Below are positions 40,876-49,962 of a stretch of DNA of 64,000 nucleotides, piece after piece (the first letter of the stretch is position 1; every line of letters starts with the position of its first letter). A model generated the notes under the pieces. It did no database searches, was not told the DNA's origin, and was given only the letters and a program-made list of their open reading frames with translations. The stretch comes from Candidatus Omnitrophota bacterium. GTDB taxonomy: Bacteria > Omnitrophota > Gorgyraeia > Zapsychrales > Fredricksoniimonadaceae. The stretch lies in NCBI GenBank assembly GCA_903944345.1, contig CAJARJ010000012.1, positions 4,266 to 68,265 on the forward strand, in the 5' to 3' direction. The position numbers and the translations under genes were made by a program.

Positions 40876-41157
40876 TCAGCCTCTTTTGTTGATATAAATC
40901 AGATGGTACCCGAACTGTGTTTTGACCGGCCCCTGAACCTTGCCAACCTCGGCGGAAAACACAACCTGGTCAAACTCCGGGACCATCATGCCCTGGGAGA
41001 ACTCGCCCAGGTCTCCACCGTCTTTTCCTGAGGGGCAGAGAGAATGTTTTCTGGCTACTGCGGAGAAAAATGCCCCGGCTTCGATCTGCTGTTTGAGCTT
41101 GAGACACTCTTCTTCAGAATTGACGAGAATATGACTTGCGCTTGCGATGACCGCCAT
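40876..41157 (-). CDS. ppiC: Parvulin-type peptidyl-prolyl isomerase (PpiC)
   Basis: 93 aa parvulin fold (ASHILV, GGDLGEFSQGMMVPEFD, GYHLIYI). Confidence 0.85.
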   Translation of the reverse strand: MAVIASASHILVNSEEECLKLKQQIEAGAFFSAVARKHSLCPSGKDGGDLGEFSQGMMVPEFDQVVFSAEVGKVQGPVKTQFGYHLIYINKRG

Positions 41158-41250
41158 GTTGTCTCCTTTTTTTATCGGATAAAAACATAATTAATTTGGA
41201 CAGTTTGCCTAAATCCTGTGAACTTGTCAATATTTTTGAAACACACATCT

Positions 41251-41943
41251 TTAACCCGGATCTCCCAGAAGAATGACCGGATTCTGATCTGTCTCGAGCC
41301 AGTTGAGCAGTCGGCGCAATCGCCAGCGGTCCACGCCAACGCAACCAGAGGTCGGGGCACGCCCGCGGTCACGCCAGATATGCATAAAAATCGCACTGCC
41401 GTCACCCGGCACAACCGGACTGGTATTGTATTCAATAATCAACCCCATCTCGTACAAACCGTCCGGGCGAAGCATGTATTCAAATGACGCGGCAGTCACA
41501 GGCAGTTTGACCCAGCGATTATAATCAGCTGAAGCGGGATCGTCTATCCAGATATCATCTGCGTTTACCTGACGATAAGCCAAGCCGGTTGCAATAAGAT
41601 TGCGTTCACCAAAAGCGCCACCCAAAGCATAAACTCCGGAGGGAGTTCTCCCGTCGCCCTCCCTTTTGCTTCCCCGGGGAGCAAATCCGTTACGACCCAC
41701 CACTACAGGCCAGGGACCCAAAATCTTTCGCCAGGCATCCTGACGATAATCCCAGGCAGTTAGCACTGCCTGAAAAGGATGCACCCCGCCGGCAGGCCTG
41801 ACCTCGATAACCTGTCGACTAACTGCGGAATCGAACGAAAATGGCATCACCGGAACAGGACGAACACTGCCTGAAAGAGAGGTACACGCCGCACCCGTCG
41901 ATGTCAGAACCAGCAATAGAAACAAACGCCAAATATTTGTCAT
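41251..41943 (-). CDS. L,D-transpeptidase-family lipoprotein (YkuD domain)
   Basis: Signal peptide with lipobox (GAAC). The catalytic region FMHIW...SGCVGV matches the L,D-transpeptidase H..SHGC motif. Confidence 0.65.
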   Translation of the reverse strand: MTNIWRLFLLLVLTSTGAACTSLSGSVRPVPVMPFSFDSAVSRQVIEVRPAGGVHPFQAVLTAWDYRQDAWRKILGPWPVVVGRNGFAPRGSKREGDGRTPSGVYALGGAFGERNLIATGLAYRQVNADDIWIDDPASADYNRWVKLPVTAASFEYMLRPDGLYEMGLIIEYNTSPVVPGDGSAIFMHIWRDRGRAPTSGCVGVDRWRLRRLLNWLETDQNPVILLGDPG

Positions 41944-43145
41944 GAGACCGGCGGGTTTGCGGAGGAAAGCCAGTTAGAGCCATAAAGCTTGCGTGAAAGC
42001 AACGTACACGTCACATTGTCCCCAACCGCATTGATCATGGTTGCCGGAGGATCAATGATAGTTCCGATCATAGTGATCAACGGAAGGGCCTCCAGCGGAA
42101 AGCCATAAAGTGTCACAATAAGCAGCTCACCGATCATCCCTCCGGCTGGAATACCACTTATAACAGTTCCGGAAAGAACCGCTATCGCGATTGCCGTAAG
42201 CCAGACCTGCCAACCGGTAAACGGTATCTGAAAGATTCCGAACAAAAAAGCTATCTTGACTATAGCACCAAGGCATGAGCCTTCCATATGAATGGTAGCC
42301 CCCAGGGGAATAACAACATCCCGGATATCCTCCCTGACCCCAATCTTGCGGGCGGCTTCAAGATTAACCGGAATAGTCGCAACACTGCTGCCGGTTGCCA
42401 GGGCTGTCAGAGCTGTTGAAGGTATATTACGCCAGAACACTCGAAGTCCTTTAAGGGATGCCGCCCAATAAACATAAAGGGAAAAAGCGACAAAAAAATA
42501 AACTATGGCGACAGGATAATATACAACAAAAATCCGTGCATAAGAGCCCATAACCTGCGGCCCCATGGTGCCCACAAGATACGCCAGATAAGCTCCCAGG
42601 CCTATGGGCGCATAAAGCATGATAAATCCGATCACACGCCCCATCACGACGTTGGCCGAAACAAGAAACCGTGAAAACGCCGCACCTTTCTCACCTGAAG
42701 AGGCCGTGGCCATTCCCACCAGAAAAGCAAACAGGATCAAAGGCAACATGTTCTTTCTGGAAAGCAATCCCAGAAAATCCGGGGTGGTAAACGTCCTGAC
42801 CAAAGTATCGGCCGCACTTAAAGAGTCAAGCGCCGTCCGTTCCGGAAGATTCCAGGGCGTGCCCGCGAAGGGAGGGAATACCTGCACAGCAAAAATCATA
42901 ATAATCGAGGCCAATATCCCCGTCAGAACAAAAAAGAACAGCATCCAGCCCATAACCCGCGCGAGACGACGCGAGTCACCCATTGAGGCAATCGCAGAAG
43001 CTATGGAAAAAAAGACCAACGGAACCACTGCGGTAAAAAGGAGATTCAAAAAGATATCCCCCAGGGGCTTGAGTACCCCGGCCTTCGACCCAAAGAACAG
43101 CCCTGCCAACACACCAAAGCTAATTCCAATAATAATAGCTATCAT
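41940..43145 (-). CDS. Dicarboxylate/amino acid:cation symporter (DAACS/GltP-SstT family)
   Basis: 401 aa polytopic protein with SDF-family reentrant-loop motifs (ATGSSVATIP, GATIHMEG, DPPATMINAVGD). Confidence 0.8.
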   Translation of the reverse strand: MIAIIIGISFGVLAGLFFGSKAGVLKPLGDIFLNLLFTAVVPLVFFSIASAIASMGDSRRLARVMGWMLFFFVLTGILASIIMIFAVQVFPPFAGTPWNLPERTALDSLSAADTLVRTFTTPDFLGLLSRKNMLPLILFAFLVGMATASSGEKGAAFSRFLVSANVVMGRVIGFIMLYAPIGLGAYLAYLVGTMGPQVMGSYARIFVVYYPVAIVYFFVAFSLYVYWAASLKGLRVFWRNIPSTALTALATGSSVATIPVNLEAARKIGVREDIRDVVIPLGATIHMEGSCLGAIVKIAFLFGIFQIPFTGWQVWLTAIAIAVLSGTVISGIPAGGMIGELLIVTLYGFPLEALPLITMIGTIIDPPATMINAVGDNVTCTLLSRKLYGSNWLSSANPPVS

Positions 43146-43154
43146 GGCAAACGC

Positions 43155-43970
43155 TTATTCGTGCTTGTATAAATGGATATCTCTTTGCGGGAAAGGAATA
43201 ACAATCCCGGCCTTCTCCAAATCCAGTTTGGCCTGCTCGGTGACATCAAAAAGTACCTTCCAGTAGTCGTCCGGTTTGACCCAGGGACGGCAGACCAGAT
43301 TGACACTGCTCTCAGCCAATTCAGATACCGCCACAACAGGTTCGGGGTCTTTAAGGATACGGGGATCAGCAAGCAGGATATTCATCAACACCTCTTTGGC
43401 CTTTTTCATATCCGAAGTGTAGGAAATACCAAACACCATGTCGATACGCCTGCGGTCAATAGCCGAAAAATTGGTGACATTATCTCCGGTGATCTTCGAA
43501 TTGGGAACAATTTCCCTGCGATTATCAGGAGCATTCAGAATCGTATTAAAAATCTGAATCTCCTCAACCGTGCCCATAACACCGCCTGCTGATATAAAAT
43601 CTCCAACCTTGAACGGACGAAAAAGAATAATCATAACCCCGGCCGCAAAGTTGGAGAGCGATCCCTGCAGAGCCAGACCAACCGCAAGGCCGGCAGCACC
43701 CAGAAGAGCAATAAATGATGTTGTTTCAACCCCGATTTTGTTAAGAGCGGCCGTACAGACAAAAACAAACATAACCCAGTAAACAACATTTCTGATAAAT
43801 CTGGCGAGAGTCTTGTCGATATTGGCTTTATCCAGTGCCCTGGACACCAGATCGGAAAGCAGCCCTATCGCCCATCTGCCAATAAAAAATATGAGCAGTG
43901 CCGCCAGCAGATTAAAGGCATTTCTCATGCAGACTTCATAAACTTTATCCCACAAACCTTCCATAGACAT
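43155..43970 (-). CDS. mscS: Small-conductance mechanosensitive channel (MscS family)
   Basis: 271 aa with three TM helices, the conserved pore helix region (GAAGLAVGLALQGSLSNFAAGVMI) and an FRPFKVGD beta domain. Confidence 0.85.
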   Translation of the reverse strand: MSMEGLWDKVYEVCMRNAFNLLAALLIFFIGRWAIGLLSDLVSRALDKANIDKTLARFIRNVVYWVMFVFVCTAALNKIGVETTSFIALLGAAGLAVGLALQGSLSNFAAGVMIILFRPFKVGDFISAGGVMGTVEEIQIFNTILNAPDNRREIVPNSKITGDNVTNFSAIDRRRIDMVFGISYTSDMKKAKEVLMNILLADPRILKDPEPVVAVSELAESSVNLVCRPWVKPDDYWKVLFDVTEQAKLDLEKAGIVIPFPQRDIHLYKHE

Positions 43971-44255
43971 TTCCCCCTTTAGACAACAACAAACCCTTCT
44001 GGACGTTTAATACACAATAGACCTATTATACCGGCAGAAATAAAAAAGCCAGCCCTGATTGTATCAATTATTAAATCCGGATTTTTCTTCAGAAAAGTCA
44101 ATGATATGCATGATCGGACAGCGAAAAAGCACGGCATTCCTGACCGGATTCTCATCCGGGAAATCACTCTAATCCATGACCACAAGACGGGGCGTAATAA
44201 TCTGTCTATGATTATGCCCCACCGATAAAGCTACAGCGTTATTGCGGGCCAGGCG

Positions 44256-45302
44256 TCAAAAGCAGCGCTGCTTGTTTTTCTTCACGCAGTTTTTCTCACA
44301 GCGATAGCAAATTTCATTAGGAAGAAAACCTCCGCGCAGATAATCCTGAATATTATCCAACGTCGTGCGTGCAATACTTTCCATAGCATCCCTGGTGAAA
44401 AACGCCTGATGCGCCGTAATAATAACATTGGGAAAGGTCAGCAAGCGTGCCAGAACGTCATCAGCCACTACCTTGGAGGACAAGTCTTCAAAGAAATATT
44501 CACCTTCCTCCTCATAGACATCAAGTCCCGCAGCCCCCACCCGGCCGGACTTAAGGGCTCTTATCAGCGCACGGGTATCAAGTAACTCTCCACGTCCGGT
44601 GTTAATGAGCATGACGCCGTCACGCATCTGTTCAAAAGCCTGGTCGTTAACCAGATGCCTGGTCTGGGGAGTCAGCGGACAGTGCAAGGAAATAATCTGC
44701 GCCTCCCGGTAAATCGTAGGTAAATCCACATACGAAACGCCAGTCTCTGCGGCATAAGTCTGATCAGGAAAAGCGTCATAGGCCAGTATTTTCATACCGA
44801 ATCCCTTCAGAATGTTCACCAGACAACGGCCAATTCTTCCGGTTCCGATAATGCCGGCCGTACGCCCGTGGAGGTCATAACCAAGAAGTCCATCAAGCGT
44901 AAAATTACCGTCACGCACACGATTATAAGCACGATGTGTCTTGCGGTTAAGTGTAAGAACAAGAGCCGCGGCATGCTCGGCCACAGCATATGGCGAATAG
45001 GCAGGCACACGCACTACGTGCATGGCGCCATAGGCCGCCTTAAGATCCACATTATTGTACCCGGCACAACGCATGGCCACCAGCCCCACCTTGCTCTCCC
45101 GAAGAGCGGCAATTGTTTCACTGTCCACGGTATCGTTAACAAACACACACGCCGCCACACAGTCTTTAGCCATGCCCGCGGTATCGGCTGAAAGGTGCAC
45201 AGACAAAAACCTGATATCAAAAGGGTAATCTTTCAGAATGGCCGAGAAGAACTCGCGATCATAACTGCGGGTATCATAAAAAGCGATCACAGGCTTGCTC
45301 AT
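44256..45302 (-). CDS. ldhA: D-isomer-specific 2-hydroxyacid dehydrogenase (D-lactate dehydrogenase-like)
   Basis: 348 aa with the NAD-binding GIIGTGRIG, catalytic R...E...H (MLINTGRG, HQAF), and a Cys-rich C-terminal tail. Confidence 0.8.
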   Translation of the reverse strand: MSKPVIAFYDTRSYDREFFSAILKDYPFDIRFLSVHLSADTAGMAKDCVAACVFVNDTVDSETIAALRESKVGLVAMRCAGYNNVDLKAAYGAMHVVRVPAYSPYAVAEHAAALVLTLNRKTHRAYNRVRDGNFTLDGLLGYDLHGRTAGIIGTGRIGRCLVNILKGFGMKILAYDAFPDQTYAAETGVSYVDLPTIYREAQIISLHCPLTPQTRHLVNDQAFEQMRDGVMLINTGRGELLDTRALIRALKSGRVGAAGLDVYEEEGEYFFEDLSSKVVADDVLARLLTFPNVIITAHQAFFTRDAMESIARTTLDNIQDYLRGGFLPNEICYRCEKNCVKKNKQRCF

Positions 45303-45317
45303 AAGAACTCCTTTTTT

Positions 45318-46253
45318 CTAGAACAACGGTCCGGCCAGACGATTAACCAGAGCGATGAACACCGGTATAGTGACAATCGAAAAGACCGTACTGACAAAAA
45401 CACAGCGTGAAGCCAGGGCCGTATCAGAACCAAATTTCTCGGCAAAAGCCGCAGTATTGGCCGCCACAGGCATAGCCAGACTCAACACACAAACCCCCAG
45501 TGCCAGTCCGCGCACCCCGCAAACATACATTCCGCCCAAAGCTATCGCGGGGACTAAAAGCAGGCGAACAAAAGCGGCATAATAAACCTTCCTGTCGCCA
45601 ATAACCTCGCGAAAAGGCATCCCGGCCAGCATGGAGCCGATAAGGATCATGGACAAGGGCGTTGTCGTGGCTCCCAGCATATCAAACGCTTTCGCTACTG
45701 GAGAGGGCAAATGCCACGACAGAAAAAACATGACCAGTCCCGCCAGCACAGCAAGCAGTCCCGGATTAAAAAATACCTTTCCCCAGGACACCTTTTCTTT
45801 ATCACTTCGAAAGAGATATATCCCCAGGGTCCAGAGCGAAATAATAAACGGGACTGTAAAGACCGAACCATAGAAAACGCCGATCTTGCCATACAGACTG
45901 TACAGGACAGGATAGCCCATAAATGCACAATTGGAGAAAATCGCTGTAAATCGCAAAACCTGACGCTCTTGCCCCGAGTAGCGGCGAAAAAGGAAGCCGC
46001 CAAGATAGAAACTGAAAGTATGAAAGAAGGCGGAAAACAGGAATACCTTGAGCGCAGTAGCTGCCATGTCCGCGTCAAAGGCAATATTAAACGCACCAAG
46101 GATCATAAGGGGCATGGTAACATTCAACAGCAACTCTGCCAGCCCGCGGTTCATTCCGGGATCTATCAATCCGCGCCACCGAGCCAACGCCCCGACTGAA
46201 ATTAAAAGAAAAAGAATAAGCACCTCATTAACCACACCCATGAAACACTCCAT
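45318..46253 (-). CDS. AEC-family (auxin efflux carrier / malate permease-like) transporter
   Basis: 311 aa, 10 TM, AEC membrane transport fold. Confidence 0.75.
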   Translation of the reverse strand: MECFMGVVNEVLILFLLISVGALARWRGLIDPGMNRGLAELLLNVTMPLMILGAFNIAFDADMAATALKVFLFSAFFHTFSFYLGGFLFRRYSGQERQVLRFTAIFSNCAFMGYPVLYSLYGKIGVFYGSVFTVPFIISLWTLGIYLFRSDKEKVSWGKVFFNPGLLAVLAGLVMFFLSWHLPSPVAKAFDMLGATTTPLSMILIGSMLAGMPFREVIGDRKVYYAAFVRLLLVPAIALGGMYVCGVRGLALGVCVLSLAMPVAANTAAFAEKFGSDTALASRCVFVSTVFSIVTIPVFIALVNRLAGPLF

Positions 46254-46387
46254 TCATCGTTATGCCAGAAAAAATATCCCTGAAGATTGGTCGGTGGCAG
46301 GTTAAGTACCTGACGAGTATAATATATCCTACTCTATGTATTAACAAAGGCAAAAAGCCCATCCAGCAGTATGGACAGGCTTTGGAA

Positions 46388-48668
46388 TCAATAATTCTGT
46401 GTGTCACTAATTATTTTATACGGATCTATAGAGATAATAACCGGTGAGAATCCGGCAGCGTTCTGCATCTGCTGAAGCTGCTCAGAGGTCAGGTCTACCT
46501 CGATTGCAGTGCTATTATTCCGTGTCTCAAACTGGGCATTGTCGGGGTTCAGGTTAATACCACCGACTGCTTCCTGCCCAGGCAGAGAAGACAAGGGCTT
46601 TTCCATCAAAATTCCCCATTCTTCATTCATCCTCCGGGACAACTCCCAGGATTTCTGCAACAAACTTCCTCTATTGCGGCTCTTGAGCAGCGCAAGAACT
46701 TCTTCCGCATAAAATTGCTGATCCTTATCAAGAACAAGTGGTTTATACCCCAACATTCTATACAAAACAAAATTGGCTAATCCGTGAGGCAAAGTGCTGC
46801 CAATTACAAGAGAATCATAACCAGACTCGACTGCCAGTTCCTCGAGAGACTTAAGAATACTTTTAAATAATGCGCCCGCGTAAGGGAAAGATGGATACAT
46901 CTGTGACGGATACAACATGCGTTCCTCGTTTCGCAAGCGCTCCAGCAACAACTGCACGTTTGTATCATCGTCTTTCACCTTCAGAGCCGATTCAATTTGC
47001 GTTTGTCTCAGGCCCACGCTGGCCTCAGCAAAAGAAAGAAGAACTTTGCGATCCTGCCAGTCAAACTGCGGTAAAGCTTGCATAAACACGCCCTTTAACT
47101 GCTCCAAAACTTTCTCCAAATTACGCTTTCCCCACTCATCTGACCCCATCCAGATTTTCTGCGTCAGGATTACAGGTGACGAGGTGGTCATCTCCAGATG
47201 GGCCCGGCCGATGATTAACGAGTTGCGATCAAAACCACGACCATTCAATAAATTAAATTGGATAAAAACACCCTGATTATTCCTGTAGACAAGATCGTAA
47301 CTGTCGAAATCATCGGACTGGATTATCTCTCCCAGAAGCGTACGGGTTGTAAGCGTTCGCCCGGGGCCTCTTAAGATATCAACTTGCGGCTCATCATAAT
47401 ACTGCGACAATATCCCCTCCAGACGCTCTTTCTGACGTTCAATCAGCCGGCTAAACTGCTCTCTATCCGCTCTGGAACGTTTAACCTTCAGTTTGGGTAA
47501 AACAGACTCCTGAGCCGGATCTCCTGGCAGAACAGAGGTCTCTTCACGAACAATCACCAGTCTGTCAGCAGCACTCGGCCCCAGGTCAACCGGCCATACG
47601 TCCGATTTTACTGTCAGAGAACTATCCATTGCCCAATCAATACCGCCGGAAAAATATTTTCTGACCAACACTTCGTCAAACAATGCATCAGGTTCTTCCT
47701 TAATAAAATCATACGCGCCCTTGCGGAAGGAAACGACATAATCCTTCCAAATACGGTCCACTTCCCCGGGGTCTGGAATATTTATTCCGGCAACCTTATT
47801 CCGGTCAACGTAAACAGCGGACAATAATGATTGTCTGATCTTTCGTTTATACCAGGCGGCAAGAATCAAAGACTGATAAACCTGTCTGAGCGTCGCAAAG
47901 TTCTTACCTTCATTAACCTCTCGCTCCAGTTCAGGAATGACCATCGTACGTAAAGCTTCCTCCATCATCATATGATCCGGACTTGCGGTTTGGGGCACCG
48001 CACTTTTTTCTTGTGCCAGATAATCACTTTCCAGCTTAACCTCCAAGTGAGATTCGGTTACATAAGCCAGCCCCATCTCGCCATTCTCAAATACTACAGC
48101 TTTTCCAGGAACAATCCAAACCTTGTTCAACGTATCAAGCGGAATATCCGTAGTGCCATATTTTTCCAGGATCCGGGCGTAAATTCTCTTCCAGAATACT
48201 TTTCCAATCTCCCCTTCAGGGTTAAGAGTCTTTGCGGTGATTTGCTTGAGAAAATAATCCTGCACCAGTAAATCTCGCCCCATCACAGTCTGCCCAAAGG
48301 CTGGGGGAACGATGCGATTTCTTTCATATGGACTCAGGTTAACCCAGAGGTCATTTTCAGGAATTGTCAGGCTGGCAAAAAAAATATTTAATCAGACGGG
48401 TTGATTCACTTTTGATCTGGTCATTAGTAATTCTTTCATCGCCTTTATCAAGAATAAAATCAAACCTGAGCGGATTTCGAGGATATACCCTAATTCCTTT
48501 TAATACAGGCGGATTGAACGCCGGACTTAAAGACACCACCTGACCACCGGGAGGAGTCAAAATCGGCTCCCCGGCATACAGAATAACTGGGCTCAAAACA
48601 TGTGCCAGAACTATCCAAATGATGACAAATTTTCTTAGAAACATGAAGGAAAGATACCTGACCAACAC
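46388..48668 (-). pseudogene. Large secreted protein, paralog 3: frameshifted in an A8 homopolymer, with its 3' end overwritten by an element terminal repeat
   Basis: The N-terminal ORF 48357-48668 (signal peptide, then LRFDFILDKGDE...KYFFCQPDNS-stop) and the ORF 46388-48286 (MMGRDLLVQDY...) are joined by a +1 shift inside a run of 8 A (48377-48384). With 7 A the reading is KYFFASLTIPENDLWVNLSPYERNRIVPPAFGQTVMGRDLLVQDY, collinear with paralogs 1 and 2. The last 9 codons (KIISDTQNY-stop) are encoded by the element TIR at 46391-46415. Confidence 0.7.
46391..46415. repeat. Solo terminal inverted repeat of the 133-bp element (inverted left end)
   Basis: AATTCTGTGTGTCACTAATTA matches 21 of 21 of the reverse complement of the element's left end (AATTAATTAGTGACACACAGAATT). 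No internal element sequence follows. Confidence 0.6.
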
Positions 48669-48742
48669 CTGTTTTGCAAATATTTATAATACGAAGCCAA
48701 GTTGCAGTGATGCTGGAGGACATGTCTTATAGCGTAAAGCAA

Positions 48743-48775
48743 TGACACAGAATACAATAAAACAATTCTGCGTGA
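48743..48775. repeat. Collapsed mini-copy of the element: both TIR halves separated by 8 bp
   Basis: TGACACAGAAT-ACAATAAA-ACAATTCTGCGTG, about 70-110 nt upstream of the paralog 3 start. Confidence 0.5.
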
Positions 48776-48836
48776 TAATCATTAACAGAGCTTCCTCCCT
48801 TATGGAAAATTGCGGACGGTCTATGGGGGGGACTAA

Positions 48837-49175
48837 TTATTTAATGCTCAGAAAATTGTTCAGATTATCATCTCCAGCCAGAACGATTGCGATATCCCCC
48901 GCCGTCGTTATTTCCCGCACGGTATCTACCTCGCCCCTTAACGTCACAATCTCCCTTTCAACAGTAACATCAATGTTGTCCAGCACCCCAGACAAGGACG
49001 TTTCCCGACCTAAAGCATCTTGAATATCTATAGCCAGGTCATTATCGATTCCCGTTGTATTCATCCTTGATCCGTCTTTAAGGTCTGCCAGAATTTTTGC
49101 ATTCTGCGAATCTTCATTTAACTTTTCATTTCTCTCCAACGATAACCCTGTCAAAACTGCCTGGGAATTTAACAT
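48837..49175 (-). CDS. BON-domain (OsmY-like) protein
   Basis: 112 aa BON domain pattern (LADLKDGSRMNTTGIDNDLAIDI...GEVDTVRE), preceded by the RBS AAGGAGAA. Confidence 0.65.
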   Translation of the reverse strand: MLNSQAVLTGLSLERNEKLNEDSQNAKILADLKDGSRMNTTGIDNDLAIDIQDALGRETSLSGVLDNIDVTVEREIVTLRGEVDTVREITTAGDIAIVLAGDDNLNNFLSIK

Positions 49176-49226
49176 TGTATTCTCCTTGATAAAGTTGAAT
49201 AAAACCGGGACTCCCGCCTCTTAAGA

Positions 49227-49264
49227 CTATTCTAGGACGCAGCCGGAATGTATCAATTGTACCG
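49227..49264 (-). promoter_or_regulatory. Conserved promoter motif copy A (TTGATA-N16-TAGAAT with a conserved spacer), upstream of the BON gene
   Basis: Minus strand CGGTACAATTGATACATTCCGGCTGCGTCCTAGAATAG, identical at 32 of 38 positions to the motif at 53292-53329. Confidence 0.55.
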
Positions 49265-49299
49265 GGGTTTAACAAATGAAACCTGGACGCACCACCCCC

Positions 49300-49962
49300 T
49301 CAGGGCTGTTGAATCCTGCCATCCTTCAAAAGAATCTGTCGCCGGGCAAGTCTGGCAAAATCCGGCTCATGCGTCACTAACACAACCGTAGTCTTGTTCT
49401 TTAGATTGACATCGATAAATATTTTCATAACTATATCGCCATTGACACTGTCCAGGCTACCGGTCGGTTCATCGGCAAAAAGGTATTGCGGTTCCATCAC
49501 AAGCGCCCGGGCGATGGCTACCCGTTGCTGTTCCCCGCCCGAAAGCTGACGCGGCAAGCGGGCCATCTTCTCTTTGAGTCCGAACTGCTCCAACAACGAC
49601 TCCGCGGCAGGCCGCCGTTTTTCCTTCTGATGAAGTTTTACTGTAGGCATAAGTACATTCTCGAGCGCGGTTAACTCTGCGATCAGATAATGAAACTGAA
49701 AAACAAACCCCATATGCCGGTTACGAAAAAGGTGAAGATCGTCGGAATTCAATTTCTGCAAATCTTTCCCGGATATTTCAATCTTTCCTTCACTGGGTGT
49801 ATCCAGACTGCTTAAAAGGTACAAGAGCGTGCTTTTCCCCGATCCGGAGCGTCCGGTCAATGCAACAAATTCACCGTCCTGTATCTCCAAAGAAATATCG
49901 CTCAGAACCCGGCTTGGCGGAACACCTATCTCTTTCCCGGCATGTTGAACCACAATACTCAT
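49300..49962 (-). CDS. ABC transporter ATP-binding protein (LolD/MacB-ATPase type)
   Basis: 220 aa with Walker A GRSGSGKST, signature LSGGEQQR and Walker B LFADEPT. Confidence 0.85.
   Translation of the reverse strand: MSIVVQHAGKEIGVPPSRVLSDISLEIQDGEFVALTGRSGSGKSTLLYLLSSLDTPSEGKIEISGKDLQKLNSDDLHLFRNRHMGFVFQFHYLIAELTALENVLMPTVKLHQKEKRRPAAESLLEQFGLKEKMARLPRQLSGGEQQRVAIARALVMEPQYLFADEPTGSLDSVNGDIVMKIFIDVNLKNKTTVVLVTHEPDFARLARRQILLKDGRIQQP

Noticed and set aside
46350-46383. AAAGCC...GGCTTT hairpin downstream of paralog 3 as a terminator
   Set aside because: The stem is short (6 bp) with an 18-nt loop and a weak T-tract. It is plausible but too weak to list as a feature.
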